Notes: generated by a model not told the origin, from the letters alone. DNA of 64,000 nucleotides from Poseidonia sp. (GCA_030829545.1 JAURAI010000001.1:70234-134233); one strand, 5' to 3'; positions 1-9,876 are shown, numbered from the stretch's first letter. Made by a program: numbers and translations.

Positions 1-897
1 CCCAGTTGGGTTGGGGGATGTTGACTTCACGCGTGGACTCGATTGAGACAATTTTCATCTGCCAGGGAATAAAGATGCACATGGCGTTGAGCGTGGTGGT
101 TTTTCCTGAAGCAGTACCGCCTACGAACAGCATTGGTACTTCGTTTTGGAAGGCAATCCAAAGATAGGCCGTCATCAGGGACGACATGGTTCGGAAGGCA
201 ACAATATCTGCAGGGGAGAACGGGTCGTCTTTGAACCGGCGAATACAGAACGACGAACCACGAGTCGAGATTTCATGGCCGAGTTTCATGACAATTCGAG
301 AACCGTCCATCAGCGTAGCGTCAAGCAAAGGTTCAGCAACGGAGATGTGCTTTCCACAACGTTGTGCTAGTTTGATGACATAGGATTCCAATTCATGGTC
401 GGTTTCCCAAACGCAGGTCGTTTCCACAGATTCGAATTTACGGTGGTATGCGAAAATGGGGACGTTGGTCCCATCCATCGAAATATCTTCAACGTTCACG
501 TCGTTCATGAGCACGTCCATTTTGCCGTAGCCAATGAGGTCGCGTCGGAGGTAATAGAAAATCTTCGACTTGGATTTTTTATTGATTTTCATGCTGTAGG
601 CCGTGATGACCTTGTCCATTGCTGTTCGAACGTAGGCGTCAGGATTAGAATCTATTTCCTCAATATTTGCTGTGAGCGAACGAATGAAAATATCCATGAT
701 TTCGTCCCGTTGCTCCTGCTCTTTCTTGGTGAGGGGCGGTTCAATAATCTGGTAAATGATGTTGAGCGTGGTCTTGTCACGAACAATACGAGCAAAGGCA
801 TGAGGTGGCATGACGGGGTACTTGTCCATCTCGTCGTACTGTGCTCGTTGCTTGGCTCGCTGACGTCGCTCTCCACCACCCTTTTTTCTTGCCATGG
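1..897 (-). CDS. Archaeal type IV filament/secretion ATPase (FlaI/ArlI, GspE/VirB11 family), N-terminal ~299 aa; the 3' end runs past the window start
   Basis: Reverse-strand translation from the ATG at ~897 gives MARKKGGGERRQRAKQ...LFVGGTASGKTTTLNAM (Walker A), typical of archaeal FlaI/TadA-like ATPases. The gene is absent from the ORF track because it is truncated by the window edge. The +strand ORF 395..946 is its antisense shadow. Confidence 0.75.
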
Positions 898-1016
898 TCA
901 TCAACACCGCCGAACGCATTTCGCTACAACATCTCCCCGACTATAACACTTGGGTGAAAATTGCCTCCAAAACGCCCCCCTGCCCACATTTTCAAGCGTG
1001 CCGGTGAGGGCGGAAT

Positions 1017-1598
1017 TTACGCTTCTTTCAGCCCGATGAGCCAAGATGAACAACGCTCTTGCAAATCGTTCAAATCCTCATCGTTGTGCAAAACGACGTT
1101 TGCCTGCTCAATCAATTGGTCAAGGCCCCAGCCACGTTCTCGTTCGTTTCTCGCCTCGAAGGCAGCGCGGTCTCCGTCTTCGGAACGCCCACGCTGCTGA
1201 ATTCTGCTGAAACGAAGTTCGGCGTCAGTGACGATCGCCACCGTTTGGTAGGCCTCGCCCCAGCGGTTGGAAAATACCTCGTCCTCTGCCGTTCCTCTCA
1301 AGCCCTCAATGAGTACGATGTCATGGTCATTCAGAAGCAAATCTACTTCATCGCAAAGACGTACTGCGAGTACATTTTCACCGAACTCTTGGCGCAAGGC
1401 CGCAGCCACTTCGCCGAAAATGTTGGGCGATTCAACGAGCCCCTGCCGTCGAACTTCAGCTCGAATCATGTCGCCCATGGAGACGACAGGAATTCCCGTT
1501 TGAGCCAAGACGGCTGCAAATTCTCCTTTGCCTGAACCGGGCATTCCGCAAACGGCAAAGACCCGAGCCATGAAGGATGGCCTGCGCCCTTCGCTCAT
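1017..1598 (-). CDS. P-loop nucleotide kinase (adenylate kinase / dephospho-CoA kinase-like; archaeal UPF0200 / CoaE-like family)
   Basis: N-terminus FAVCGMPGSGKGEF (Walker A) plus a lid-like region and small size. The true start is probably the internal M at ~1571 (MARVFAV...). Confidence 0.55.
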   Translation of the reverse strand: MSEGRRPSFMARVFAVCGMPGSGKGEFAAVLAQTGIPVVSMGDMIRAEVRRQGLVESPNIFGEVAAALRQEFGENVLAVRLCDEVDLLLNDHDIVLIEGLRGTAEDEVFSNRWGEAYQTVAIVTDAELRFSRIQQRGRSEDGDRAAFEARNERERGWGLDQLIEQANVVLHNDEDLNDLQERCSSWLIGLKEA

Positions 1599-1627
1599 GA
1601 AGATACCTCAATAAACACCGAGAAAGT

Positions 1628-3325
1628 TCAGTTTGAAAACTCTGAACGGCCCCACCGTCGGTCCATGAGTTTCCACAACACTGCTGATGCAAAAATAAGC
1701 ATGATCGAGATGGTGATCATGCCCATATAGCCTTGCTGAACCATGGTTTCGTCGTACATTTGAGAGGTGGCAGCAAGTCCGTCTTGTGAGGCCCGCTCCC
1801 ACCAGTTGCCGTAGAGAGAGACATCTCCTTGTGTAAAGGAGAGAAGGAATAAGCCGAGAAGGGGAAGAACCGTTCCAATCCAAAACCAGATCATGATCGA
1901 TGCGTCGAAGATCGCCTTGTTGGGACGCAGCCCCATCAAAAATGCAGTCAAGGCCACGATGTAAATCGAATTTGCAAACATCACAATAATGCTCGTTGGC
2001 AAGGATGCCCATTCGTCCAACCGCCAAGCCATCAAGACGATGAAAATCAAAGAGATCCACGATGTTGCAAGGAAGTAAACCACGACCTTTGCTCGGATTA
2101 AATCAGGAACTTTCAACGGAAGTCCGTTCATGAATTCTGGGGAATCAAGAATGGTGAGCCAGGAATAAAAATTGAATCCGAAAAAGCCCAAGAATGGCGC
2201 ATAGGAAAGGAGATTGATGGGGATGGGCGCCTCGGCGAAATCAACAAGCCATGCCATTCCAAGCAACACCAACAGAGGAATGGCGTACGAGACGGTCATC
2301 TTTTTGATGGCACCAGAACGAAAGAGGTCAACGAATTCTTTTGCCACGATCAAACGAACATGACCCCGTCCAAGGAACCTCAACCTGGCATAGGTTGGAG
2401 CTAACAAATCCCCTTGTTCAACGACACTGACATCAAAATCATCGAGAATCAAGAGAGCGGCCACAAAGCCGATGCCGATGGACAACATCAATCCGAGGAT
2501 GATGAATATCCCATTCTGACTTGATTGAGCAGCCAGGCCCCACAGCAAGAGGTTGGAAGGCAATGCCCCAATTCCAATGGCGATGCCCAAGGCGACAATA
2601 GCCACAGGACCGACGATTGTAAAGGGGCGACCTCTCAGCCAAAGCGAGGAAGCAAGGAAGGAAAGCGCCAGACCTTGTCCCAGCGTGGTCGCCATAGCAA
2701 GCCAGGTCCAGGGAAGCGATGACCAGAGAAGCGGTGTGCGAATCCCTGCAAAGCCGTCCATGAGAATACCCAAGGCCATGCCGCTGATGATGGGAGTCAA
2801 AATGAGAAGAACATAGAACAGTAAATCTTTCACGAAATAGGCAAAATGTGCCATTGAATTTGGCAAGGGTTGGAGGGCTGGCGCTGCAAGAAGGTGATTT
2901 TTTGTGCCTGAGCGACGAAGGATGGCGTCTCGACCCATGAAGGCAAAAGTACCCATTCCCAAGGAGAACATGAACAGAGGAAGATGCAGTGCAAAGCGGA
3001 GTTCCTGCCATGTGAATGTTTTAGCGTCCAGATCAGAGGATTGGGCGGTTGAATCACCGACCAGAAATTGCAGACCGATGGTCGAGATGGCGGTGACGAG
3101 CGTGAGCAAGAGCGGAAAAAGGACGATCTGACGCTTCTTGGCAAATTCAACACTCTTGCGAGACTCTTCGATGAACATAACACGGAAGGTGGCAGAGAAT
3201 GCTGCCCACCCACGCAGCGGTTCATTCAGGTTCACATCGTGAGCAGAGGTTCCCAGTCCTCCTTTTTGTTCAAGAACGTCATCGGTCCATGGCCGTGACT
3301 CAATGAACGTACCCGCCACCTTCAT
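1628..3325 (-). CDS. ABC-2 type transporter permease (polytopic membrane protein, 565 aa)
   Basis: More than 12 predicted hydrophobic helices. Its start overlaps by 4 nt (ATGA) the stop of the upstream ABC ATPase gene, so the two are translationally coupled. Confidence 0.55.
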   Translation of the reverse strand: MKVAGTFIESRPWTDDVLEQKGGLGTSAHDVNLNEPLRGWAAFSATFRVMFIEESRKSVEFAKKRQIVLFPLLLTLVTAISTIGLQFLVGDSTAQSSDLDAKTFTWQELRFALHLPLFMFSLGMGTFAFMGRDAILRRSGTKNHLLAAPALQPLPNSMAHFAYFVKDLLFYVLLILTPIISGMALGILMDGFAGIRTPLLWSSLPWTWLAMATTLGQGLALSFLASSLWLRGRPFTIVGPVAIVALGIAIGIGALPSNLLLWGLAAQSSQNGIFIILGLMLSIGIGFVAALLILDDFDVSVVEQGDLLAPTYARLRFLGRGHVRLIVAKEFVDLFRSGAIKKMTVSYAIPLLVLLGMAWLVDFAEAPIPINLLSYAPFLGFFGFNFYSWLTILDSPEFMNGLPLKVPDLIRAKVVVYFLATSWISLIFIVLMAWRLDEWASLPTSIIVMFANSIYIVALTAFLMGLRPNKAIFDASIMIWFWIGTVLPLLGLFLLSFTQGDVSLYGNWWERASQDGLAATSQMYDETMVQQGYMGMITISIMLIFASAVLWKLMDRRWGRSEFSN

Positions 3326-4110
3326 TCCTCCGAATCATCGTGTGTTACGCCCTCTTCTTCGTGCCGCTCCACGTCCTCAATCGAACGTCCAACCAGACGA
3401 ATGAAGACGTCCTCAAGAGTTTCATCGGAGGATTGTTTCAAGCCCTTGACCGTTCCAGCGGCAAGGACTCGACCGTCGTTGATAATAGCCATGCGGTTGC
3501 ACATCCGTTCGGCCATCTCAAGAACGTGCGAGCAGAGGAAAATTGTCCCGCCTTCTTCCACGTGATTGAGCAACCATTCTCGGCATTTTCGCTGATAAAT
3601 TGGGTCGAGATTCGCAAAAGGCTCGTCCAGGAACAACAATTTGGGTTTGTGAATGAAGGCACTGGCCAGCATCACCTTTTGGCGCTGACCTTTGGAAAGG
3701 TCCTTGCACATCGTGTCGCGTTTGTCTTGGAGGCCGAACCAGTCCAGCCAATGTTCAACCTTGGCAAGCATGTCGTCCACCCCACGGAGTCGTGCCACAA
3801 ATTCCAGGAATTCTGCGGGCGTGAGGAAGGAAGGTGGCGATTCTGATTCCGGTACGATACCGATGTTGGCTTTGACTTTCTGAGGGTCGTTAACAGCATC
3901 CACGCCAAGAACTTCAATCCGTCCTTTGCTGGGTCGCAGTTGACCTGTTAGGAGTTTGATAAAAGTCGATTTTCCTGCTCCATTAGGTCCGAATACACCG
4001 AAAAACTCACCCGAGTGAACTTCAATATTCAAGGGATGAAGGGCGATGAAATCACCATACTTCTTGGCCATGTCTTGTGCACTGACCAAAGGAGCGCTGG
4101 CCTTACTCAT
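3322..4110 (-). CDS. ABC transporter ATP-binding protein
   Basis: Walker A GPNGAGKST, ABC signature LSKGQRQKV and Walker B LLFLDEPFANLD. Confidence 0.85.
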   Translation of the reverse strand: MSKASAPLVSAQDMAKKYGDFIALHPLNIEVHSGEFFGVFGPNGAGKSTFIKLLTGQLRPSKGRIEVLGVDAVNDPQKVKANIGIVPESESPPSFLTPAEFLEFVARLRGVDDMLAKVEHWLDWFGLQDKRDTMCKDLSKGQRQKVMLASAFIHKPKLLFLDEPFANLDPIYQRKCREWLLNHVEEGGTIFLCSHVLEMAERMCNRMAIINDGRVLAAGTVKGLKQSSDETLEDVFIRLVGRSIEDVERHEEEGVTHDDSEE

Positions 4111-4204
4111 GGTCGGCTTAGAAGGGTGCCAAATATCATACCTTGGTTGGCCATCATTGGAGAAGGGGCGATGAGATATTGAAGAAGGACATCATGGCAG
4201 AATC

Positions 4205-5047
4205 ATGAACCCACCGGAAAGTGATGTGCTCAACATTGAACTCCACGCCATCAATGAGGAGCTTGAACTCGGATTTTTCGCATGCCTTAGCATCAATCGA
4301 CCCGACAAAATGAATGCGCTCAACGCCGAAGTCATGAACGATCTAAAAGCCATGTGTGCTTGGGTAGAGGCACGTGAAGATGTCCGCTGTTTGGTCGTTA
4401 CCGGAGCACCACCCAACGAGCCACCCGAGGGCAAGCGATCAAAACCTCATGCCTTCGTAGCCGGCGCAGACATTACCGAATTCGTTGGAGCCGGGAGTGA
4501 AACGATTCGGGTCAAATTCACCGACAATGCTGTAGAGGCACTGTGGAATCTAAGCAAACCAACCATTGCCATGGTCGACGGTTTCGCATTGGGTGGAGGC
4601 TGTGAAGTCGCCTGCTCGTGCGACATTCGTATCGCCAGTAACCGCTCTAAATTCGGCACGCCCGAAATCAACTTGGGGCTCATTCCAGGCTACGGCGCTA
4701 CTCAGCGTTTGGAACGCCTGGTAGGTTACGGCAAGGCCCATGAGATGATCATGACTGGAGAAATGGTCAACGCTGAGGAAGCACAACGCATCGGTTTGGT
4801 CAATCACGTTGTGGAACCAAATGAATTGGAAGCCACCGTGTTCAAGATGGCCCGAACCATTGGTAGCAAATCCTCCCATGCTCTTCGAGTTGGCAAAGAA
4901 ACACTGCGAACTGCCCTCGATGTCAGCCTCACCGAAGGCGTGGCTGTTGAGGCTGAGGCCTTTGCTGGGTTGTTTGACAGTGAAGACAAAGAAATCGGAG
5001 TTCAGGCTTTCATCAACCGAACGACCCCTGAATGGAAGCACAAGTGA
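4205..5047 (+). CDS. Enoyl-CoA hydratase/isomerase (crotonase family)
   Basis: INRPDKMNALN...FVAGADITEF...VDGFALGGGCEVACSCDIRIA...GLIPGYGATQRL crotonase-fold motifs. It carries a Pro-rich insertion (GAPPNEPPEGKRSKPH) before the oxyanion-hole region. Confidence 0.8.
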   Translation: MNPPESDVLNIELHAINEELELGFFACLSINRPDKMNALNAEVMNDLKAMCAWVEAREDVRCLVVTGAPPNEPPEGKRSKPHAFVAGADITEFVGAGSETIRVKFTDNAVEALWNLSKPTIAMVDGFALGGGCEVACSCDIRIASNRSKFGTPEINLGLIPGYGATQRLERLVGYGKAHEMIMTGEMVNAEEAQRIGLVNHVVEPNELEATVFKMARTIGSKSSHALRVGKETLRTALDVSLTEGVAVEAEAFAGLFDSEDKEIGVQAFINRTTPEWKHK

Positions 5048-5088
5048 AACGGCTTGCTGCTACAAAACGTCGAGCCTGACGGCCGTGT

Positions 5089-5114
5089 GAGAGGGGGCCA
5101 ATGCCCCCCCTCTG
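5089..5114. terminator. GC-rich hairpin (AGAGGGGG / loop CCAATG / CCCCCTCT) in the convergent intergenic region
   Basis: Perfect 8-bp inverted repeat seen directly in the sequence, 40 nt after the enoyl-CoA hydratase stop. It lies between the convergent genes 4205..5047(+) and 5155..5598(-). Confidence 0.4.
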
Positions 5115-5154
5115 CCCGAGAGACTGCTCGGGAACAGCGTTGGTAAGGACAACC

Positions 5155-5598
5155 TCAACCCTTGGTGTATCGAATCCCTCGAAGTTTGAGGTACTCGAAG
5201 AAATGCGCAAGATGCCGATTGTGCTTCTTGCGAAACCAATGTTCAATCACTACAACATCCGGAGAGGTTGATAGTGGACTGAAGGCCCATTTAGGCCGTT
5301 GCATCAATTCATTCAACATTCCTTCGTTCTTCACTGCCATTTCATCAGGTGAACCGCAGCAAGGACCCGTTGGGATTCTCTTAATTGGGATTCCCTTTCG
5401 GACCGCATCTTCCACTTTCATCTGCTTTGCTTCACGTTCACCGCTGTCTTGCTCTTGAGATTTAGCGCCTTGATGCTCAGCCGACCGTTGCTGTCGAACG
5501 TGGGGTTTCAACTCATGTCGCCTAGTTTCAGAATTGTACCGATAATCCCGGTTGTTTTTGTTGCCCTTCTTTTTTCTGCCTTTCTTGTTATCTTTCAT
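5155..5598 (-). CDS. Hypothetical protein with a Lys/Arg-rich N-terminus (probable nucleic-acid binding)
   Basis: N-terminus MKDNKKGRKKKGNKNNRDYRY is strongly basic. The C-terminal ~80 aa (..VVVIEHWFRKKHNRHLAHFFEYLKLRGI) looks globular. I recognise no family. Confidence 0.35.
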   Translation of the reverse strand: MKDNKKGRKKKGNKNNRDYRYNSETRRHELKPHVRQQRSAEHQGAKSQEQDSGEREAKQMKVEDAVRKGIPIKRIPTGPCCGSPDEMAVKNEGMLNELMQRPKWAFSPLSTSPDVVVIEHWFRKKHNRHLAHFFEYLKLRGIRYTKG

Positions 5599-5777
5599 GT
5601 TTTAATCTCCATACTTCCAATGCTTTGCCAATCGTACTGCGCAGAAACGCGCACAAACACCGCCACTTGGCGATGCGGCGCTTCCGCATGTCGTTCGCAT
5701 TAGCTCGTCTTGGCTGTGGAGATCAATTCATGATGGGGCCTCTCTTGCAGATCTGCACTTATAATTTGGACATCAGA

Positions 5778-5789
5778 GTATATAAAAGG
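5778..5789. promoter_or_regulatory. Strong TATA-box-like element (GTATATAAAAGG) in the intergenic region
   Basis: Seen in the sequence. On the minus strand it reads CCTTTTATATAC, about 180 nt upstream of the 5598 start, which would imply a long leader or a shorter or unannotated transcript. Confidence 0.3.
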
Positions 5790-5841
5790 TCCACATGGGA
5801 CTCTGTTAAAACTCTGGACGATGCTGAATAAGATGAACAAA

Positions 5842-6747
5842 TTATTCGTTCATTTCATCTCGTAGCGCTGCCAAAGCACCGCTTGCACTGGGAAGAGGAG
5901 GCAGCGTCAATGGCATACCATCAGGGCCAACCAAGGGAGGTAATTCCTTCCCATCAGAGCCCATGATTACGGGCATGGTTGGTTCGGGCTTTGCTTGCTC
6001 AACGGATTCAAACCCTACGTCGAGAGGCAAGCGTAATTTGAGGATGCGGCCCTCATCAATTCGGATAAAAGTTGCACCGTAGACATGCCCTGGTTCGGGG
6101 TGCTCGGGTTCAACCATGACAGAATGGCCGTGTCCGGGCGTTTGGAGCAAGGCAACGAGGTCTTCACCCGATGCATGGTCCTCCCACATGCGCGCGGTCG
6201 AGGCTCGGATTTCGGCCATTTGCCCCATACGGCGACGCTTGATGCGTTCTCTGATGGCTTCATGACGTTGACGGCGGTCGGTCACCGTCATTTCAATATC
6301 AGCGTCTTCAACTGATTCCGGACTCACGTCAACCACATATTCATCGGCAACGTGAACGTCTTCAATCTCGACTTCTATTTCTTCACCCTGCGATAGCATG
6401 GCTGCTTGAGCGGCCTCGGCAGCGGCTATTTTCGCCAACTTGCGTTCTCGAAGTGTTGCCCCGTCAAGAGAGTCAACGACTACTGGAGCGGGAAGATCAT
6501 CCTCTTCCTCATCTTCAGTTTCTACGACAACTTCGGGTTGAACTTGAGCCACAGGTTGAGGGCGTGGCCGTTGGCGTTGTTGAGCAGCGGATGGTGCACC
6601 GCCCAAGTTGACCCACAGAAAGGCAAGAACACCCATTGCTCCAACAAAACCCCACTTTGCTTCATCGGTCAATTGACCGACCGTGGAGAGATAAAATGCA
6701 AGCACGGAGACAAAGAGCAAACCTACGACGGTCCTCGTAAACCCCAT
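5842..6747 (-). CDS. Hypothetical membrane-anchored protein with a Pro/Glu-rich acidic linker
   Basis: Two N-terminal hydrophobic helices, then QQRQRPRPQPVAQVQPEVVVETEDEEEDD and a C-terminal globular domain. No recognisable family. Confidence 0.4.
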   Translation of the reverse strand: MGFTRTVVGLLFVSVLAFYLSTVGQLTDEAKWGFVGAMGVLAFLWVNLGGAPSAAQQRQRPRPQPVAQVQPEVVVETEDEEEDDLPAPVVVDSLDGATLRERKLAKIAAAEAAQAAMLSQGEEIEVEIEDVHVADEYVVDVSPESVEDADIEMTVTDRRQRHEAIRERIKRRRMGQMAEIRASTARMWEDHASGEDLVALLQTPGHGHSVMVEPEHPEPGHVYGATFIRIDEGRILKLRLPLDVGFESVEQAKPEPTMPVIMGSDGKELPPLVGPDGMPLTLPPLPSASGALAALRDEMNE

Positions 6748-6820
6748 GTCCCTCAGCCAGCCGACTCATTGATGCTTTATGACGGTGATGGAGGGACTCG
6801 TCGTAAGATGGATGAAGCCT

Positions 6821-7471
6821 TCAGGGCAATTGTTCCAACAACTGCTCAAGCGCACGCCTGCGGTGGCTGAAGCGGTGTTTCACATCGATTTCAACGCCTC
6901 CAAAAGCCATCCCGTGGGTGCTTGTCGGTCCAAGTTCGCCTGCTGGGAGTGGTTGGCCGAAGTCATCCAAATCGAGCGGCACGAAAACAGGGTCATAGCC
7001 AAAACCGTGACCTTCATGGATTTCGCTTGCAAGCGAACCCGGACATTCGCCAAGGCCGACGAGCATGGACTTCCCATCCCAAAGTGCGGCAACTGCATGA
7101 TAGGAAGCTGCTCTCAAGTTCTTGTGCTGAACGGGGTCCTCACTCTCCAAATGTGTCAAGAGGCGCAGGAGACCTTGGCATCCAATCGTTTCGTGAACAT
7201 AGGACGAGTAAACACCTGGAAAACCATCCAGGGCGTTGATAAACAACCCCGAGTCCTCAACCATGACCATGGCATCTGAACTTGGAAGGTGTGCTTTGGC
7301 TTGTTCAAGTTTTGAAATCGCAATGTCCTGCAGGGAGTCAGATTGTGGTTCAACAATTGCACCTTCTGGAACGACGAGTTGTTCAATGGTATAGCCCAGT
7401 GGACCAAAATGAAGTTGCGCTTCTTCCAATTTGCCAGGGTTGCTGGTGAGAAACCACACGGTTGCTTCCAT
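6821..7471 (-). CDS. rdgB: Non-canonical purine NTP pyrophosphatase (Ham1/RdgB, dITP/XTP pyrophosphatase)
   Basis: Motifs FLTSNPGKLEEA, DSGLFINALDGFPGVYS and FGYDPVF. The track ORF (to 7768) has a non-homologous N-terminal extension, so I placed the start at the internal ATG (MEATVWFLTSNPGK). Confidence 0.8.
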   Translation of the reverse strand: MEATVWFLTSNPGKLEEAQLHFGPLGYTIEQLVVPEGAIVEPQSDSLQDIAISKLEQAKAHLPSSDAMVMVEDSGLFINALDGFPGVYSSYVHETIGCQGLLRLLTHLESEDPVQHKNLRAASYHAVAALWDGKSMLVGLGECPGSLASEIHEGHGFGYDPVFVPLDLDDFGQPLPAGELGPTSTHGMAFGGVEIDVKHRFSHRRRALEQLLEQLP

Positions 7472-7581
7472 GCATATCCCAACCCCATGCAGCATATGAC
7501 CATGACTCTTGCATGTACAAAGGAAGATGATACATCGGTCAAAATGGACTACGTTCATAGCCTCAAGACTCAACCGCAAGG

Positions 7582-7963
7582 CATGGTCTCCGACTGGATG
7601 GTAGTAGCACTTGGTGGCGCTATTGGCGCCGTTCTTCGCTTTTATGTGAGCGAAACTGTCTCCTCTGAAGGCTTTCCTTGGGCAACGCTCACTGTCAATC
7701 TGATCGGGTCTCTCTTGTTGGGCGTGATGACTGCAGCAGTTGCTGCCAGCACCCTCAGCGAAACGCAAGCTCTGCTCCTTGGAACCGGCATCTTGGGGGC
7801 ATTTACAACACTCTCAACCTTCTCGGTGGAAACCGCTACGCTCTATGATGAAGAGAAATGGTCCTCACTGCTCGGCTATGTTGCTTCCTCTGCCCTCGGT
7901 GGACCCTTGCTTGCTCTCGTAGGATGGAGGGTGGGAAGCAGCGTTCTTTTCCCGCTCACTTGA
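7582..7963 (+). CDS. crcB: Fluoride ion channel CrcB/Fluc
   Basis: MVSDWMVVALGGAIGAVLRFYVS...TLTVNLIGSLLLGV...GILGAFTTLSTFSVET. The size (127 aa) and motifs are typical of CrcB. The track ORF starts earlier at 7343, but that region is not CrcB-like. Confidence 0.8.
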
Positions 7964-9056
7964 GGATAGCAAGCATGCGGTTTAATGCAAGAAGAGAGCC
8001 CTCTTGGACCTCTTCTGGAACACTGACTTGGTTGGGGATTTCACCGTTCACCAAGCGTTCGAGAACGTCCATGAGATAGGCTGGATGAATCATGTACATG
8101 GTTGAACAAGGACAAATTTCGTCGTCAAGGCATTCAATGTGCTTGTCTGGATGCTCCCGCGCCAGCCGTGCAACCATGTTGATTTCAGTTCCAATTGCCA
8201 CGTTTGAACCAGCAGGCAGGTCATTGACATAGTTGCGAATATACTGGGTTGAACCGTTGGTATCTGCGAGTTCAACGGTCTCTTTAGGACACTCGGGGTG
8301 TACCACCACAAGTCCGTCAGGATATTGCGAGCGGAAGTCGTGTATTTGTTGAGGCGTGAAACGCTTGTGAACGGAACAAAAGCCGTGCCAAAGAATGATG
8401 CGTGAGTCTTTGATTTCACCCATGGCCCCAATCCCTGGCGTCCAAGTAGGCATTTTTTCTTCGCTGATACCCATGGCCAAACCCGTATTTCTTCCAAGAT
8501 GTTGGTCGGGGAAAAACAACACCGCACCATTGGGACCTGCACGCTCAAAAGCCCAATTCAACACGCCTTGAGCGTTGGAAGACGTACAAACCACGCCACC
8601 ATGACGGCCGACAAAATCCTTCAAATCAGCGCTTGAATTCATGTAGGTCACCGGTACCAAATAAGCTTCGCCATCCTCTGCTGGATGTTCTGGGTGATCT
8701 CTGTCAATCGGGTCATTCAATCCCGATTCTGCGAGTATATCGGCCCAAGCAACCTCTACTTCGCTCAGGGTTGCCATGTCCGCCATCGAACAACCAGCTC
8801 TCATGTTGGGAAGAATCACTGACTGGTCTTTTGAGGTGAGAATATCAGCAGATTCGGCCATGAAGTGAACGCCACAAAAGACGATGTACTTGGCGGAGGA
8901 ATCTGCTGCTTTTTGACTGAGCATGAAGGAATCGCCGAGGAAATCTGCATGCATCACAATACTGTCTCGTTGATAATGATGGCCGAGAATCAACAAGTCC
9001 TCGCCAAGCTGCTTCTTCAAGTCTTGAATGTGGTCGGCAATGGCCTGTTCTTCCAT
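7956..9056 (-). CDS. nadA: Quinolinate synthase A
   Basis: LILGHHYQRDSIV...FCGVHFMAE...HPECP...quinolinate synthase motifs. The start is placed at the internal ATG (MEEQAIADHIQ...); the track ORF extends to 9212. Confidence 0.8.
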   Translation of the reverse strand: MEEQAIADHIQDLKKQLGEDLLILGHHYQRDSIVMHADFLGDSFMLSQKAADSSAKYIVFCGVHFMAESADILTSKDQSVILPNMRAGCSMADMATLSEVEVAWADILAESGLNDPIDRDHPEHPAEDGEAYLVPVTYMNSSADLKDFVGRHGGVVCTSSNAQGVLNWAFERAGPNGAVLFFPDQHLGRNTGLAMGISEEKMPTWTPGIGAMGEIKDSRIILWHGFCSVHKRFTPQQIHDFRSQYPDGLVVVHPECPKETVELADTNGSTQYIRNYVNDLPAGSNVAIGTEINMVARLAREHPDKHIECLDDEICPCSTMYMIHPAYLMDVLERLVNGEIPNQVSVPEEVQEGSLLALNRMLAILK

Positions 9057-9195
9057 GGACAGCGAGGTGTCCATGAAGTCAACAGAACACATCGGTAGGC
9101 TAATGCTCATGGCTCTCATGTAACCCAAGCCTTTACCCTTTTTGAATGAACGGATAGGGCGTGAAGTTTGAAAACACCCATCGGTTGCGCAGAAC

Positions 9196-9876
9196 ATGGC
9201 CTTCCATGCCACCCAACGACTGCACCTCGGTGCGGAAGCAGAAGTTTGGAAGGGGACATGGTTCGGAAACGAGGCCGTCAGGAAACAACGACGGCCGCGT
9301 GCGTGGCGTCACCCAAACCTCGACCACCGGTTGGGCGTACGGCGGATGGTCAGCGAAGCACGATTGCTCGTGAAAATACGACGATGTGGGCTCTCAGTAC
9401 CTGCAGTTTGGGATTTGGACTATGAGGGTGGCCAATTGATCATCGAGTATCTTCAAGGCCGCCCCTTAATCGAGGTACTCAACGATGAAACGACAACCGA
9501 AGAGATGGTTGAGTTCATTCTTCAGCGCGTGGGTGCGAGCGTGCGTCGCCTCCATCGAGAAGCCGTCACACATGGAGACCTTTCGACCAATAACATCCTC
9601 ATTGATGGGGACCGGGTCCACCTCATTGATTTCGGCCTTGCTTCCATCGAATACGATGTCGAGCGATTTGGCATTGACCTGCATGTACTGGATGAAATTT
9701 TAGGCGCTTCTCATCCACAGTGGGAAGGTGCAATTGACCATGTCATCGATGGCTACCTCAAGGCTGAAAGTGAGATGGGCGAGGCTCCGATCCTGCAAGG
9801 AGGAAAGGTTCCCTCTGCCAAAGAAGTTCACACGCGACTCGAGGATGTACGTACTCGCGTTCGCTATCACGGCTGA
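9196..9876 (+). CDS. bud32: KEOPS complex kinase Bud32 (RIO-type atypical Ser/Thr kinase)
   Basis: LGAEAEVWKG (Gly-loop-like), HGDLSTNNILI and DFGLA motifs at the ~220-aa Bud32 size. Confidence 0.75.
   Translation: MAFHATQRLHLGAEAEVWKGTWFGNEAVRKQRRPRAWRHPNLDHRLGVRRMVSEARLLVKIRRCGLSVPAVWDLDYEGGQLIIEYLQGRPLIEVLNDETTTEEMVEFILQRVGASVRRLHREAVTHGDLSTNNILIDGDRVHLIDFGLASIEYDVERFGIDLHVLDEILGASHPQWEGAIDHVIDGYLKAESEMGEAPILQGGKVPSAKEVHTRLEDVRTRVRYHG

Noticed and set aside
395-946. 183-aa forward ORF at the window start
   Set aside because: It lies antisense to a clear FlaI/ArlI-type ATPase gene read on the reverse strand (Walker A GGTASGKTT). Its own translation is His/Val-rich with no protein-like pattern, so it is a shadow ORF.
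2439-3011. Nested 190-aa ORF inside the ABC permease gene (also 22993..23649, 25883..26683, 42346..43035, 48980..49567)
   Set aside because: All are alternative-frame or antisense ORFs inside well-supported genes (permease, pepA, dnaK, the coiled-coil genes). They have Arg/Cys/His-rich or otherwise atypical composition and are GC-bias artefacts.
7472-7581. Possible fluoride riboswitch upstream of crcB
   Set aside because: The 110-nt leader has a GATGAT-like word but lacks the conserved crcB-motif stems and pseudoknot sequence (GGCGATGG...AACCGCC...CTGATGATGCCTAC). The evidence is not convincing.
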